Part shown: in pieces, positions 63,822-64,000 of the stretch
Position numbering within the stretch: position 1 is the first letter of the stretch
How the letters are laid out: the number at the start of each line of letters is the position of its first letter
Source: Perna viridis
Taxonomy: Eukaryota
Assembly: GCA_037379345.1 (NCBI GenBank)
Contig: CM074511.1
Location: forward strand, 45,452,862 to 45,516,861
Direction of reading: 5' to 3'
DNA length: 64,000 bases
Translations under genes and position numbers: made by a program
Notes under the pieces: model-generated
Database searches by the model: none
What the model saw: the letters and a program-made list of their open reading frames with translations, nothing else
What the model was told of the DNA's origin: nothing

Positions 63822-64000
63822 GTAAGCTTGTATATGAATCTCAGATGTTTTTCCTTAAAATTTGAAATTTCAACTTGCAAACGCAAAATGATCGTGCTCA
63901 TTTCGTAAAACATGGTCGATGCCAGGATAATAAGACGCAAACATTTTACACAGCAAACGTGATTGTTCCGCGAGTATCTGACTTGCATAGGTCTGCAATA

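Overview
AT-rich, intron-containing eukaryotic DNA, most likely a bivalve mollusc (inferred from gene content and repeat types; not proven). The window holds: (1) a four-gene GADD45 (L7Ae/L30e/S12e/Gadd45 fold) cluster, with three paralogues on + (CDS 3486-4469, 8570-9539, 23244-24667) and one divergent paralogue on - (36885-38618), all reconstructed by hand with GT-AG introns and open frames; (2) a decayed Penelope-like retroelement with an N-terminal GIY-YIG domain (Naiad-type domain order, ~42.6-46.9 kb), tandem ~250-bp terminal repeats and scattered fragments; (3) a multi-exon pancreatic-lipase-related gene (50096-55303, first exon not found); (4) the 5' part of a Pro-rich FYB/ADAP-like adaptor gene; (5) many MITEs, minisatellites and inverted repeats. 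Two signals stand out. First, all four GADD45 genes keep a predicted 3'UTR intron 31-39 nt after the stop codon although coding introns differ stepwise between paralogues, and in the three + genes splicing builds the same CCAG|G-N9-CCTGG hairpin across the exon junction. Second, the Penelope-like terminal repeat contains a multibranch/pseudoknot RNA fold but no hammerhead core. All splice sites are predicted from sequence only; no transcript data or database searches were available.
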